DNA of 23,167 nt from the NCBI GenBank assembly GCA_026025075.1, contig JAPEUI010000077.1:62001-85167 (forward strand), in the 5' to 3' direction. The notes beneath the pieces are model-generated. The model saw only the letters and a list, made by a program, of their open reading frames with translations, searched no databases and had not been told where the DNA came from. The DNA is from Vezdaea acicularis. Taxonomy: Eukaryota. A program made the position numbers and the translations under genes. Shown here in pieces: positions 1 through 11,383 of the stretch. The stretch's first letter is position 1, and the number at the start of each line of letters is the position of its first letter.

Positions 1-427
1 CGAGTTGCCCCAACGTATCCGATGCCTTGCTTGCAAATCTTTTCCATTCGACCTCCAGGAAAAGATGGCTATACCTACAGCGGGCTCTACGAAAGCTCAG
101 ACCGGAGAACCGGCGGCTAAAAACAACGTTTCTGATGGTCGCTCTGGCAAGCTCAAGACACAAGATGATACTAAAGGTACCCTCAATTGGTACTGCGTAA
201 GCAATCAGCATCTGTATAACCCTAACGAAGCTACTAAGCTTGATATAGTGCCAGTGTGGAGATGGAGGTTGGTCCCTCACATTCGACATTCAATGTCCCT
301 CGTACATGTGCGGCCATTTCCGTTGCGGAGGTTGCAAATACGGTAAGCTGAATCATACCTTGTTAATATGGCGGCAGAGATTGAATATTGACTGCATTTA
401 GTAAGGACGTCGGATCCAATCCAGAAC

Positions 428-3400
428 TTGGAGGTATCCCAGAAGTTGATGGAGAACGTGGAGGATGATACTCGGGAGGGGTTTGAGTCATTGCAAGTTG
501 AGGAAATGATTGAGGCCGTGATGAATGCCGGAGGAAGCGCATCAAGAGTAATGTGGGATAGAGCAGACGATACCAAGCCGTCGAAAACCGCCTCCAAACG
601 TTCAAGTCAAAGCGCTCCTAGGGACAAGAGTACAGGACATACCACGTTTGATATACGCGAGTGGCAAGTTGAGAGAGACTCCTCAACCATAGAAAAGTCC
701 TTACAAGATTCATGGCCCCCTACAGATGAGCACGATCTTATTGCTGGGAAGATGGCTGTACCCAAGGAACAAAGAAGGAACAGCATTTGGGCAGAGTCTC
801 CTCATTTAGACACCGAGGACGAAGTCGGAACTACGGTAGAAACTACAGATCCAATCCATACGGAAACCCTACGAGACGGAGAAGGCTCTTCATCAGCAGC
901 GGAAAAGGAAACGATTGATAAGGCGATAAGTCGTAACATTGCTGGCACTAGCTTCCTCCAAGCTGTTCAGGGGGGCCAACCTGGTGCCGAGAAACAAGGG
1001 CCGGTCGAGTTCAACCATGCGCTTAGCTATGTGAACAAGGTCAAAAACCGATTTGCTGCGCATCCTGAGATCTACAAGCAGTTCCTTGAGATTCTTCAAA
1101 TATACCAATGGGAAGGCAAGCCTATACAGGACGTCTATGCGCAGGTTACACAGCTATTCAGCTCTGCCCCAGATTTGCTTGAAGATTTCAAACAATTCTT
1201 GCCAGAATCTGCAGCTCAAGCTGCTGCAAGACAAGCTGCGGAAGATGCATCTATACTCAGCAATTTAAGAGGAGGCGACCAACTTCACCCCCCCGGTAGC
1301 CAAGCAACTCTGTCTCAACATGCCCTAGGTATGCTTGAAGATTTCAAACAATTCTTGCTAGAATCTGCAGCTCAAGCTGCTGCAAGACAAGCTGCGGAAG
1401 ATGCATCTATACTCAGCAATTTAAGAGGAGGCGACCAACTTTACCCCCCCGGTAGCCAAGCAACTCAGTCTCAACATGCCCCATCACAGCGAAGTGACAT
1501 GAAGATGCCTCCTGTTGGTAACTTTGCAGCCACACTTAGAGATCAGGGCAAGCTAGACGAGGCAGCGTTAATGCAGATAGGTGTACTGGAGAAGATGACA
1601 AAAAACCTTGGCGGAGAGCATTCCAAAACCATCTTAGCAATGGACAACCTTGCAGACGACAAGCTTTTTGAAAAGCCATCTCCCGAGATATCAAACGCTT
1701 TCGGGCATTTCCCAAAAGTACATGATGTGGAAGCTGCTCCTCCATTGTTCAAACCTGGAGACACATCCATACTACAAGTACCTCATGCTCACAGCACAGT
1801 CGGTTTGCGGCAAGATCCACCACTGCACCTTGTTCCAAACGAATTCAATATCTTGCTGTCTACATCTGGCAACAAAGATATTGGAATGGACCTTGGCGAA
1901 TTGAGAATGCCCATCGGAAACGATCAACTGTTAGCCGTATCTGCAGCTGAGAGCCAAAGATCAAGTGACAATCAGGCTTCTCCTAATCAGGATCCATTTA
2001 CTCTTGATATTGATTTGATGAAGAACCAGGATCTGCCCTCCTCTTATTTTAAAGCAACGAAGAATGATGAAGTAGTCCCCTGCGCTGACAAAGAAACCTT
2101 TATCGACATTAAATCGGAATCTTTAGCCGAGGATGATTTGTGTCAAACAGCAATTGAGGTAGGAAAATACACCTGGAATCTATAATGCAGAGCTGACTTA
2201 AACAGGGATCAAGTGTAGTGTCCTTCAATTTCTCGAACGACGAATCATCTTCGGTGACTTCGTACTCTACGTCAAATATCGAGAGACCTGCTTTTAACGA
2301 GATACTGTCGCTCTTCCTACATAATGAATCTTTTCGAGATATTTTGGAGCATGCTTCAATATTGGGGGAGAGGAAAAGAATCATCCGGAATTTTGCTCGA
2401 CTGCTCCAGCGCTATGCGGATGGACTCGCAGACAATGCTACGGATGCAGTTGAATTTGAAGCAGCAAAATTCTTCCAGAAGCGCAGACGATGTGAACAAT
2501 TTACAAGTCGCATACTAGAGCGGATAACAGAGAATTATTGTGGAGAACTAATTGAGACGAACTTACTGGAATCGTATTTGCAGGTGAAAAAAGCCCCGCC
2601 CGAATCGTCCTCCGATTCGGGCGAATCAGAGCCACAAAAGCTCAGGTTTGTGGCTCATGCAAAAAGGTTTCTAATATCTGGAGAACCCTTCGAACGGCTC
2701 TTGGAAGAGATGCAAGATTTCATTTTTCCCTTCTCTCCCAATAAGTTCTTTTGGGATGGTCAAGATCTGGTGCGATTTGAGCAGAGCGCTATAACAAGCA
2801 GTACAACGCTCACAGATCGTACCAAGCTTTGGGTAGGGCGAAAGTTGAATATGGAAATCTTGTGGTGGCCGCTTGAGCAGCCACGGCAAGATATAGCATT
2901 TGGAAACGTTCGAATTAGTTGGCCCTGCGTCAGTATGATGCTCTTACAACTGACAGACATATGCTTATTTTTACCTCATTGATAGGAGTGTGGCAAAGAG
3001 ACTTACATCGATGCGCCTAAAAAACTTGCACGCTCTTACCGGAAAACGTGTTCTATTACCCGACCTGTACTCCCCACGCACTCCAGCTCTGTACAAACCA
3101 ATTCACAAAGCTCGAGAGCCCTGAGTTCTTCCTTCAAGAACTCAATCTCGTCATTAGGGAGCAATTTCATGCATCGGCTGGGGTGGAAAGACAAAGAATC
3201 AACCAATCCTGCAGACTCTGGAAATTTTCAATCGAAAAAAGTGGTGTGCGAACCACCTCGACTTCCAAAGTATATCCATTGGTGCGTAGACACTGCTGAT
3301 AGGAGGACTTTCATGGACCACATCTGCATTGAAGAAAAACAGGGCCCTGCTTTTGTTGAAGATCTAAATCGAAGATACAAAGCTCGCCGGGGCTGGAGGT

Positions 3401-3964
3401 GGTTATTTTCCCTAACCACATGCGCAGAGATCAAGCTGGTCAAGGTAAGCTTCTCATCTTCACAGCCTTTTGTGAAGTTAATAATCATATTCAAAGCTCA
3501 TCCGCGTTCATGAAGATGAGGACGAGGTAGCATGCCTTCCAGAAGGTGTTCTTCCTAACCTCAAAGAGGAGAAGAACTATCAATACCGTATTGCTCCGCC
3601 TAGCCTGGAGGAGAAATTGCACATCCAGCGCGTAGAGAAAGCACTAATCAGCTACTTCCATGGCCACCCTAAATGCAAGGCTGCTGACCGTATTCAGCGC
3701 CTCCAGCTGGGCATACCCCATCGAGTGAGCGGGCGATTAGGCCCAGACGAAAGTGCGACAGGCTACGGGATTCATGCGCGCCAAGGGATGACTCTGCTAA
3801 GGCTTATTCTCTTCCTTGTATGCACTCAGGCCGGGCCTTGGGTATACGTCGCGTGGTGGCTTCGGCATCATCCCGGAGACATGCAGAATGCATTCATGCC
3901 CGCGATCTATGTGTTTACTCTTCTAACTCTCCCTCTTACGATGATGGATGCTTTCTACCCTTGA
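428..3964 (+). CDS. Multi-exon chimeric protein: Sin3-like PAH2 segment + single TPR unit + fungal conserved C-terminal domain with 2 predicted TM helices (5' end uncertain, may extend to upstream exons at 5-342)
   Basis: Four ORFs (428, 2218, 3169, 3617) join in frame through three introns: 2159-2205 (GTAGGA..GCTGAC..CAG), 2929-2985 (GTCAGT..CTGAC..TAG) and 3445-3496 (GTAAGC..AAG). Spliced junctions read [15 protein letters not shown] and IKLVK|LIRVHE. The C-terminus is hydrophobic ([39 protein letters not shown]). A GTAAGC donor at 343 suggests further upstream exons. Confidence 0.8.
998..1207 (+). other. PAH (paired amphipathic helix) domain closely resembling fungal Sin3 PAH2
   Basis: [70 protein letters not shown] matches the Sin3 PAH2 consensus as recalled. 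No PAH1, PAH3 or HID domain is present, so this is not sin3 itself. Confidence 0.9.
1176..1481 (+). repeat. In-frame tandem duplication, 156-bp period (52 aa), 2 near-identical copies
   Basis: TGCTTGAAGATTTCAAACAATTCTTGC...TCTCAACATGCCC occurs at 1176-1325 and 1332-1481 with only a few substitutions. Confidence 0.95.
1520..1655 (+). other. Single NLR-type 42-aa TPR unit
   Basis: [45 protein letters not shown]. It is bounded by AACTTTGCAG (1520) and AACCTTGCAG (1646), exactly 126 bp apart. Confidence 0.8.
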
Positions 3965-4120
3965 GAGGTTGCGGATAATCAAGACCTGGCCCCCTTTTTG
4001 ACGAGGTCGGTGCTCCAAATTGCCACATGGGTATTTTTGGTTTATTCGGCTGTTACCATTCTCCCTTTGATAATTGCCGTGGTTTTGGTCTGGCTCGCTT
4101 GGGCATTGCAACGGACCAAT

Positions 4121-4397
4121 TCGAAGCGGTAGACAAGTTTGATGGCGCATAAATGGGGACTCCCCCATAGGTAAATGCTATAAACTCGAAGGCACTCAAA
4201 ATGGCTCTGCTGGGCCGGGGGCATAATCCAGAGCATGATGTCCCAACGAGGGTAAAGGCGCGGTACTATCGAGCTAATACGAAGAATGATTTATCATCGA
4301 TTACCGACGATCTCGGAACTGCTGGAACTAACGTACGCTGAGGGGTAAACGTGCCCACTAATCGCTCATGCGCCATCAATTTTGTCTACCGCTTCGA
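4121..4397 (-). mobile_element. Non-coding inverted-repeat element (MITE-like or structured element), copy 1
   Basis: The arms 4121-4150 TCGAAGCGGTAGACAAGTTTGATGGCGCAT and 4368-4397 ATGCGCCATCAATTTTGTCTACCGCTTCGA are reverse complements at 28/30 positions. The interior aligns along its length with 22607-23035. No clear TSD. Confidence 0.7.
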
Positions 4398-4665
4398 TTG
4401 CGTTTTCACAAAATAGAAGAGTAGAAATGACTTGGACGAAGTAGTTCGTAGCTGGTGGTTGGATAAACTTCGGGACAGGTGTGGATAGGGGGGAAATGAA
4501 GGCATGGGAAGAGCCGATCTGCCTTCTTTCGTGTTTTTTTGGGTTCAATACTTCTTTGAGAGACAATTGGTCTCAAAGTTTCTCATATTCTCTATTTTTT
4601 CGCTATTCACATTTTTGCTTGCTGCTCCTACTTATTGGTGGCCGCTCTCTTTCTTACTCACTCGA

Positions 4666-7004
4666 TTAGTTTGATAATCCCGTTAAGGTGGTATATTTGA
4701 TACTGATGACGTCTGACTTATGGACGATATACAGACTGCTGAGCGATCTCGCTGCTCCATGAATCAACGTCTCCTCCAAACTCTCCTTTAAGCTATTCAA
4801 GCTGACAACGTTTGCTCCTCCATCACATCTGATCGCTTCTTCAGAACGGTCAAGCCACTTCACTATCACCCCGTAACCTTCACTGGGAATCGGAAAATCT
4901 TCACTCCGGCTTGCACTCGCTGGAATTACCTCATGAGACGCTCTTTCAAACATTTCAAGGAGCAGAGTGAGATGGATATATTTTGTGCTTAATCTAACGA
5001 ATGGTCTGGCTGGCCTCAGCTCTCTCTTGACGGATTCGCCTCGAATAAGTATTTCATATCCCATTGGATCGCTTGTGGAATTTGGAGTACGTAGGGAAAG
5101 CACCGAGCCACTGGTGTTATCATCATCGTTTCGATGGATCAAGTTGTCTTGATCTCTGTCAATCTCTAGGTCGCTCACACGAGTTTTTGTCTCTAGAATG
5201 TTCTGAGGTAGCGGATTCGGTGGTGGTGTTGATTTTTCAACAAAGCTTGTTGATGGAGACAGAGTGCGATCAACTGGAAGCGGTATGTGCAATTGCACAC
5301 CCACCAGACTTCTCTGGCCTAGTTCATTTGTCATTTTTTCCCCTGCTACAGGTGTCTCTAAAGTTGGCAATGACGTTAGAGTCTGGGTATGGACCTCATC
5401 ATATTGAAGCTCTCTGATTCTGTTGTTGGTCTGGCTCAATATGGCAGGTGAGGGAGCTCTTAGCGTATCAACAATGTTGATGAGATTATGGGGGGCGCTG
5501 GATTGCTCAATCAAATGAGTAACGGATCCTGGAGCTTGTACGCTTGTGTTGGTGCTTAGGAGGGTTGATACCGGGGTCCATTCAGGGGGCTGGTTCAGCA
5601 CACTCTCATTAGGATGGTATCGCCGCATGTTCTGTCCCTGTCGAACAGTTTCGATAGTTGCTTTGAGAGTCCTGTTGAATTGTCGAACAGTTAAGGCTAG
5701 CTCCTTCTCGCGAGCTTGGCTTATCAGTGACGCTGTTATATTCGGGAGCGCCCACGCCTTATACAATACTCCATGCGTCCTTGCCATGTAGAACCTTCCG
5801 TGCAGCTTCACGAACAAATTACAGAGGAAGCAGGCGCTCTTGCCGGAACAAATCACTCTTGGCGGTATTTCTGCCGGATGGAGCTCGTAGAAAAAGATGA
5901 GCTGTATCTCAGCGTGGACTTTGACGTCATCATTCAGAAGAGCAAACGGCGGATGCAGTGCTACCACTTCTTCTATTGGTACAATTTCCGGCTGTGCGAC
6001 ATGGGTTTGGGTAGGCTGGTCCTTCTTCTGTGAGCTTAAGCAGCTGAATGAAGCTGTCTGTTGCAGATTTACTCCATCAACTTGGATTTTCTTGAATATT
6101 GCTAATTTTCGGGCAGCGACAATCAAGAAGAGGCACGCAGAGTGATATCGACCGAGCTTCCCAATGGATTGACGTAGAGTGGAGCCTGTCATTGGATCGA
6201 ATCCTTGATTTCCTGGGATCTCATTGAGAAGCGTCTCTAGGTCATCAATCAAGGCAAGGGAACAGGCACGTTTCACAAGATCTGCGAGAACTTGGTCAGC
6301 GGATCCTGATCGAGCCTCAGTCCTAGACATCGCTTCAAGTTGCCTGAACGCAGTCTGTAGTCCTTGGACATTAGCTTCGATCTCTGCTCGGCGACCTTCT
6401 GAGACAAGAGTATTCGACTTGCGGGCAAATCCGGTGGATACGGCTTTGGCAAATCTTTCAACGATTGGACCCTTGTTTAAAATCTTTAGGGTGCGCTTAG
6501 CATGCTTGGACCTGAGACGAGAGAGGATACGACCGCGATTGAGCTCGATTATATTCTTAAGTAAGGCATTCTCGTCTTGATCGGACTTGTGCACTGAAGG
6601 CATTAGTTTAATCCTCGTCATCAGGCATAAGACTCACTCCTACCTCGTAATGCTACTCGCTCTAGCGTTCTAGCAATACGCTTGAGACCGTCGGTGAACT
6701 TGCTAATGTTACCAGCATTGATGGCAACTCGTATGCTGGAGCCCTCTCCGTCTGAGCGTTCTTCGATGCATACTGCCACCACCCTTATGGCATCGTCACT
6801 TGAAGCTGAAATAAAAGCTAAGTTGTCGACAAGGTCGCGCTCTCGCTGGAAAGTCAATTGCCTTACCGGCTCTTGGGGTTGAGATGAAAGCTGGGGCAGA
6901 GGATTTTCCGTGGGCCTTTCGGGCTCCTTGCTAAGCCTCTCAAGCAGTGTAACATTCTCCCTTAATTGAATATACGTTTCTCTATCCCATATACACGTTG
7001 ACAT
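4666..7004 (-). CDS. OTT_1508-like nucleic acid/nucleotide deaminase domain protein (~762 aa, 2 exons)
   Basis: Zinc-binding motifs VHAEIQL (~5916) and ICSGKSACFLC (~5825). The N-terminal exon reads LTFQRERDLVDNLAFIS..VVAVCIEE..IRVAIN, typical of this fungal family as recalled. Intron 6643-6594 (alternative donor GTGAGT at 6637) has ACTAAT..TTCAG and joins the two ORFs in frame. Confidence 0.85.
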
Positions 7005-7980
7005 TTTGGTTGCCTGTCCAAAGACTCACAGGCCAGTTTCTTGCTGGTCCATGAAAACCATCGATTTCGTATACATATATCATAGGCAATGCTGACGACC
7101 GCATTCCATAGCTCCGACTCGAGATCTCTTGGGACAGATCTAATTCGATCCTCGCCATTGGCTGCGCTTCGCTCTTTGCAGCATGCACGGAGATGGGGTG
7201 TATGCCTGTCTTGTGTAACCCCACTGCCGCCACAAGGCTGTATTAGTGGTTGACCTGGGTTTCTCGGACCGAAGCAAACGTCCAAGACAATTCCAACTCC
7301 AAGCCCCAAGACTTGCAAGAGTGCAGGCGATGGATGGCTCTCCAATCGACATCCTTGTATCATGTATTGAGGGGAGCGTTCGTTAGATCCGTGAGTGGTA
7401 GCGTACTCATGCCAGTCAGACCGTCAACCAATCGATAACCCACCCTCAAGGCGGAATGCTCAAATCTTCAGAAACGGGGCACACACGATGCGGACCGATC
7501 AATGAATTGCAGATCAATGCACTCACGCGGCCTCCTTCCTCTGAGGCCAATTGGTACCTCTAGCATGAACAGAGAATATATATCATTCAAGAAGTTTGAT
7601 GGTCCTAAAGTGATAACCGATGCCTATAGGCCTTGTATGGATGAAGATGTCTACACGATAGACAAAGCTTTAAGCCCATAAAGATACGCGCCGATAGAAC
7701 AGAAGCAGGCAGGACGTATAGATTCAACGCATAAGGGAGGCGTGGACACCAATCAAATCAAAACATGTGGCCCATCAGGCAACAAGCAAGGCTGTCTTGA
7801 TTCACTTGTGCGAAGTCTCAGCCTTACCCTTTGAACCAAAGTATATTGTATCCCCCGCACCTGTGGATTGGTTTCGCTCGCAAGGCTTCTATTAAGCTTG
7901 CGAGTATCTCGTTTCACCAACTCTATTTTGCAAGATGCGCTGTCAACAAACGGCATTCAAGTGTTCCTAGTCATACTACA

Positions 7981-9120
7981 ATGTCTCTCAGATTGCGCTC
8001 AAGCCTTGCTCCATCGCTCGGTGATCAGTACGAGCGGCTCGCCAAAAGGCGGCAGGAACAACAGGCAGAAGAAGCTAGAGTAGTAGCAAGACGGCGGGCC
8101 GAGGAAGCTCTCGATGTTGCGAATATAAATCGCTTTTCTGAAGCAGAATTAGAAACAGTTCTAAGCACCATAACTATTAGTGCACCAACATCCCCACAAC
8201 GAAGCATCTTCCCAAACGCCCAAAATGTTGCTGTAGAGCTTTCAGCTGAAAGGCCTGAAAGGCCTTTTCAATGGGGAATAGAATCAGAAACCTCAGCACG
8301 AGATGCCATGCATGCCTCACCAATTGCCGAGAATTACGCCGATGTCGATTTTAACGAACCGAGCGTGGCCTCAGATCCAGAGATACAACAACTACTTCAC
8401 GAACTATCCGAGGTAAAGGAGAGCCATAAGGCTCTTGAGCGGCAACTCGAACAGCACAAAAAGGAAGTTCTCAATCTCCGAAAGGAGCTTCGAGAAACTG
8501 AGGAACGACGTATCCAGAATCCGTGCGATGCTACAACCACGCAGGAGTATAAAAATCTCCGGGACGTGTTACGGGACTGTCAGTCTCAAAGAGATGAGCT
8601 CCAAAACGAACTGGATAAACTGCAAGAGCGAGAAAGAGAGCTGTGCCAAGAGCTGCAGGCGGCAAGACTACGGATCTCTAACCAGACGAATGAGATCGTG
8701 CATCTGAACGAAAGGTCAAGAAGTTTGGATGGCCAGCTCGTTGATGCAAGAACTGAGCGTGACATGCATGCCCGTACTGTAGAAGCACTGCAGCATCAGT
8801 TGGGGGACCTTCGGTAGCGTGGTACCGGGCAGGACGCACAAGCGGAAGTCATTGTTGGATTATCTCATAGGCTTGACCAGGCGATTCAAGATTTAGATCG
8901 ATTCACAAATATTGCTTCTAGATATGAAGGAAACCTTGGTGAGCTGCAGCAGGAAGTTGAGCGTGTCAGAAGGCAGGGTGAACCGAGCAACATAGCGGGG
9001 TCCTACAGTAGTACGCGAAACGCAGAGCATAGACGCCGGATTTCGGGCGATGAGATCCGAGTAGAGTTCAGGAATGGCAGGGGGGCTTTTGTAAAGCAAG
9101 CAGTGGGGCCGAGGAGATAG
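7981..9120 (+). CDS. Coiled-coil protein of unknown function; in-frame TAG at 8815-8817 (premature stop or weak 57-nt intron 8814-8870)
   Basis: ATG at 7981, followed by heptad-rich E/L/Q/R sequence. After the TAG the same frame stays open for about 100 codons with continued coiled-coil character (RLDQAIQDLDRF..LGELQQEVERVRRQ) until TAG 9118-9120. Confidence 0.6.
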
Positions 9121-9265
9121 TCTTTCAAGTAAGAGTTCTACTAGCGTCAGACCAAGCCTAGCATGGTCATTGACGAGAGAAGATCTAATTGCGGCTTCTT
9201 CTATGAGCTACTGTTCTCTTCGAATCGACAATCTTGATACACGGATCTGGCAAGAGAAAAGAGCT

Positions 9266-10050
9266 CTAATCAGCGGGGCGCGATGTCGTAAAGATACAAA
9301 CGATGCCATTGACACAAAGCGTAGTTGGTGATTTGGATGGGCCAAAATCGGACCATCCTTTGGTCTCCTCCCCAGATATTTCAGGCCAGAGAGAATAGGA
9401 GGGCGGAGCCCATGTGTGATCCGCCGAAGAAGCCCAAAAGCTGTCACTGACGAAGTATTGTGCCACCGCATCATCTCCATACCAGTATTCAGCCTTGCTC
9501 TTTTTTCTTGGGGGCTGGTTTCTCCATCTGTCTCGACGTGTTGGTCGTGATGGGGCTTAGGACAGCGGCGTCCACCAGACCTCGATCTCAAAGTGGCTGC
9601 GAAGGTCCAGCAGTCCCAGGAACGCGTGGTCCGATTCGTGGTCAGTCTCGAGTGCTTGCTTAGCAGATACATTCTCAAATAGCAGAGCAGATTCTTTTGA
9701 AGTAAGCCAGCATCCGTGTATCATAGACATTCTTCGTAAATGTTTACGCTGCCCACTTTTCGAAGCCCTTCTAATCAGTGAAATTATTTGCAAAGTAGAT
9801 ACCGCCTGTAGATGATCTTGGTTCCTTCAACAACGGGGAAATGCCCGTAATTTCTCATGAGTTGGTGATTGTAGGAGACTGAAATGGCGAGAACCTTCCC
9901 AGTGAAGCTCTTGCGCACGATTTGCGAGCTGGGAAAGCTCGACGACGGCTCTGACTGTAAGAGTCGTATGAAGAAGGTTTTGTCGACGTGCGATATCAGA
10001 TCCCACAGAACCACATTTGACTTCGCGTGTGGAGAAAGGAGAATGCACAT
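9266..10050 (-). pseudogene. Possible degenerate multi-exon gene of unknown function
   Basis: ORFs 9557..9793 and 9266..9466 share a frame and are separated by a single TAA (9557-9559). ORF 9784..10050 would join them through a very short GTATCT..CTGAT..AAG intron-like segment. No recognisable domain. Confidence 0.3.
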
Positions 10051-10291
10051 AACATGTAGCCATGAAGTAGGAAGAGCATGAAGGAATTCCTAACAAAGGC
10101 TGGAGCTTTCTAAGCCGAACTTCTGAGAATGCAGACCGCCTGAAAACAAGAGAATAATCTCACAGGATGATCCTTCCTGTCTCAGACCAGGGCGAATATT
10201 TGAGCCATATGCCAATATGATTATCGCCGTTATAAAGCGGATTATATAATAAGTACGCTGATTCGGGACCGACGCTACAGGTACTCGTAAA

Positions 10292-11383
10292 TCATACCGC
10301 CGTGGCGCGTGAGCCTGACTTTCGAATTAGATCTCGGAGAGCAAAGAGTACCTCTCGCATAAAAAAGAGGACTGCAAGGCTGCAAAACATTGCAGCGACA
10401 AGGGCAATACAGAGGAGGGTCAAGACGGGAAACCATCGAGACACAGCCTGGAATGCATCCCAGGGATGATTGACAGCTAAGCCGACCTGCATAGCACTTA
10501 ACACGACGCTGAAGACACCGAAGATGAACAGTAGCGGCGCATAAAACCGCGCGAAGTAAGCCTCGTACTGCCAATAGACCTCGTGAAAGGACCATCGGTG
10601 GAGAACTACCTTGGCCCAGAAGTTTAGGCGGGTTAACCGCAAGTTACCAAAATGATACCTAGGTGTGACGTCCGTATCCAGTACATTAGCAAAGCCTGAG
10701 AAGAATGAAACAAACTCCGGCCATTCTACTTCAGCAGGAATCAGGTGTGTAGCCTTTGCAATGCGGAAATCGGACTCATGCCGCACAAGGTAGTAATAGG
10801 ACCGCATAAAGCCCAGTGCGGCCTTTCTCACGAATTGGCCCTCATCATTGGTGAACGGGCTCCATGCTTCCTCACCCGTGGCTAGATAGAACTGCCAGAA
10901 GGCATACGATAGCAGGTAAGGTGGGACAGGCTTAATGTATACACGGTTGCTGACCCACACCAGGTGTAGCTCGGGATTCTCGGTGATGATAATCTGTCTG
11001 CCGCGCACAATTTGCTCGTGTAATGGCGATATGTGGGAGCTGGACTGCGTTGCTACCAGCCAGAGGCACGGTGACATCTTGTTAAGGTCAGGGGTGAATA
11101 ATTCATGCTCTAAATATGAGAAGAAGCGCTGCGAATCGAGCTCAATACCCGGCTGTCCAGGCAGGGTCGACTTATCATCCTTTGCGCTTTTCGAACGAAT
11201 ACGCCGCGCATTGCCAGCGCCTTCGATGTATAACTCTTGGTTTAGCTCTTGTTCTTGGGTGAAAGGAATGTCCAGTGGCAGAATTGCGCGTGTACTAGTC
11301 GCGGTCTTGGATACCATCGTCGTTGTCTTTGTAACTCCGGTCGTCCCTTGGGCAACGCCTTTAGTGTCATGCGGAAAAGTCAT
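10292..11383 (-). CDS. DUF6601-family fungal membrane protein (often mis-annotated as subtilisin-like protease)
   Basis: Motifs LEHELFTPDLNKMSPCLWL, ISPLHEQIVRGRQIIITENPELHLVW..RVYIKPVPPYLLSYAFW, ALGFMRSYYYLVRHESDFRIA and RYHFGNLRLTRLN, plus two C-terminal TM helices (VVLSAMQVGL). First ATG is at 11383. Confidence 0.85.
   Translation of the reverse strand: MTFPHDTKGVAQGTTGVTKTTTMVSKTATSTRAILPLDIPFTQEQELNQELYIEGAGNARRIRSKSAKDDKSTLPGQPGIELDSQRFFSYLEHELFTPDLNKMSPCLWLVATQSSSHISPLHEQIVRGRQIIITENPELHLVWVSNRVYIKPVPPYLLSYAFWQFYLATGEEAWSPFTNDEGQFVRKAALGFMRSYYYLVRHESDFRIAKATHLIPAEVEWPEFVSFFSGFANVLDTDVTPRYHFGNLRLTRLNFWAKVVLHRWSFHEVYWQYEAYFARFYAPLLFIFGVFSVVLSAMQVGLAVNHPWDAFQAVSRWFPVLTLLCIALVAAMFCSLAVLFFMREVLFALRDLIRKSGSRATAV

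Noticed and set aside
428..2185. Calling this gene sin3
   Set aside because: Only the PAH2 region is present. The other PAH domains and the HDAC-interaction domain are absent, and the downstream exons are unrelated.
6962..7956. Short ORFs between deaminase and coiled-coil gene
   Set aside because: They overlap, are motif-less and occur on both strands. This is best read as a divergent promoter region.
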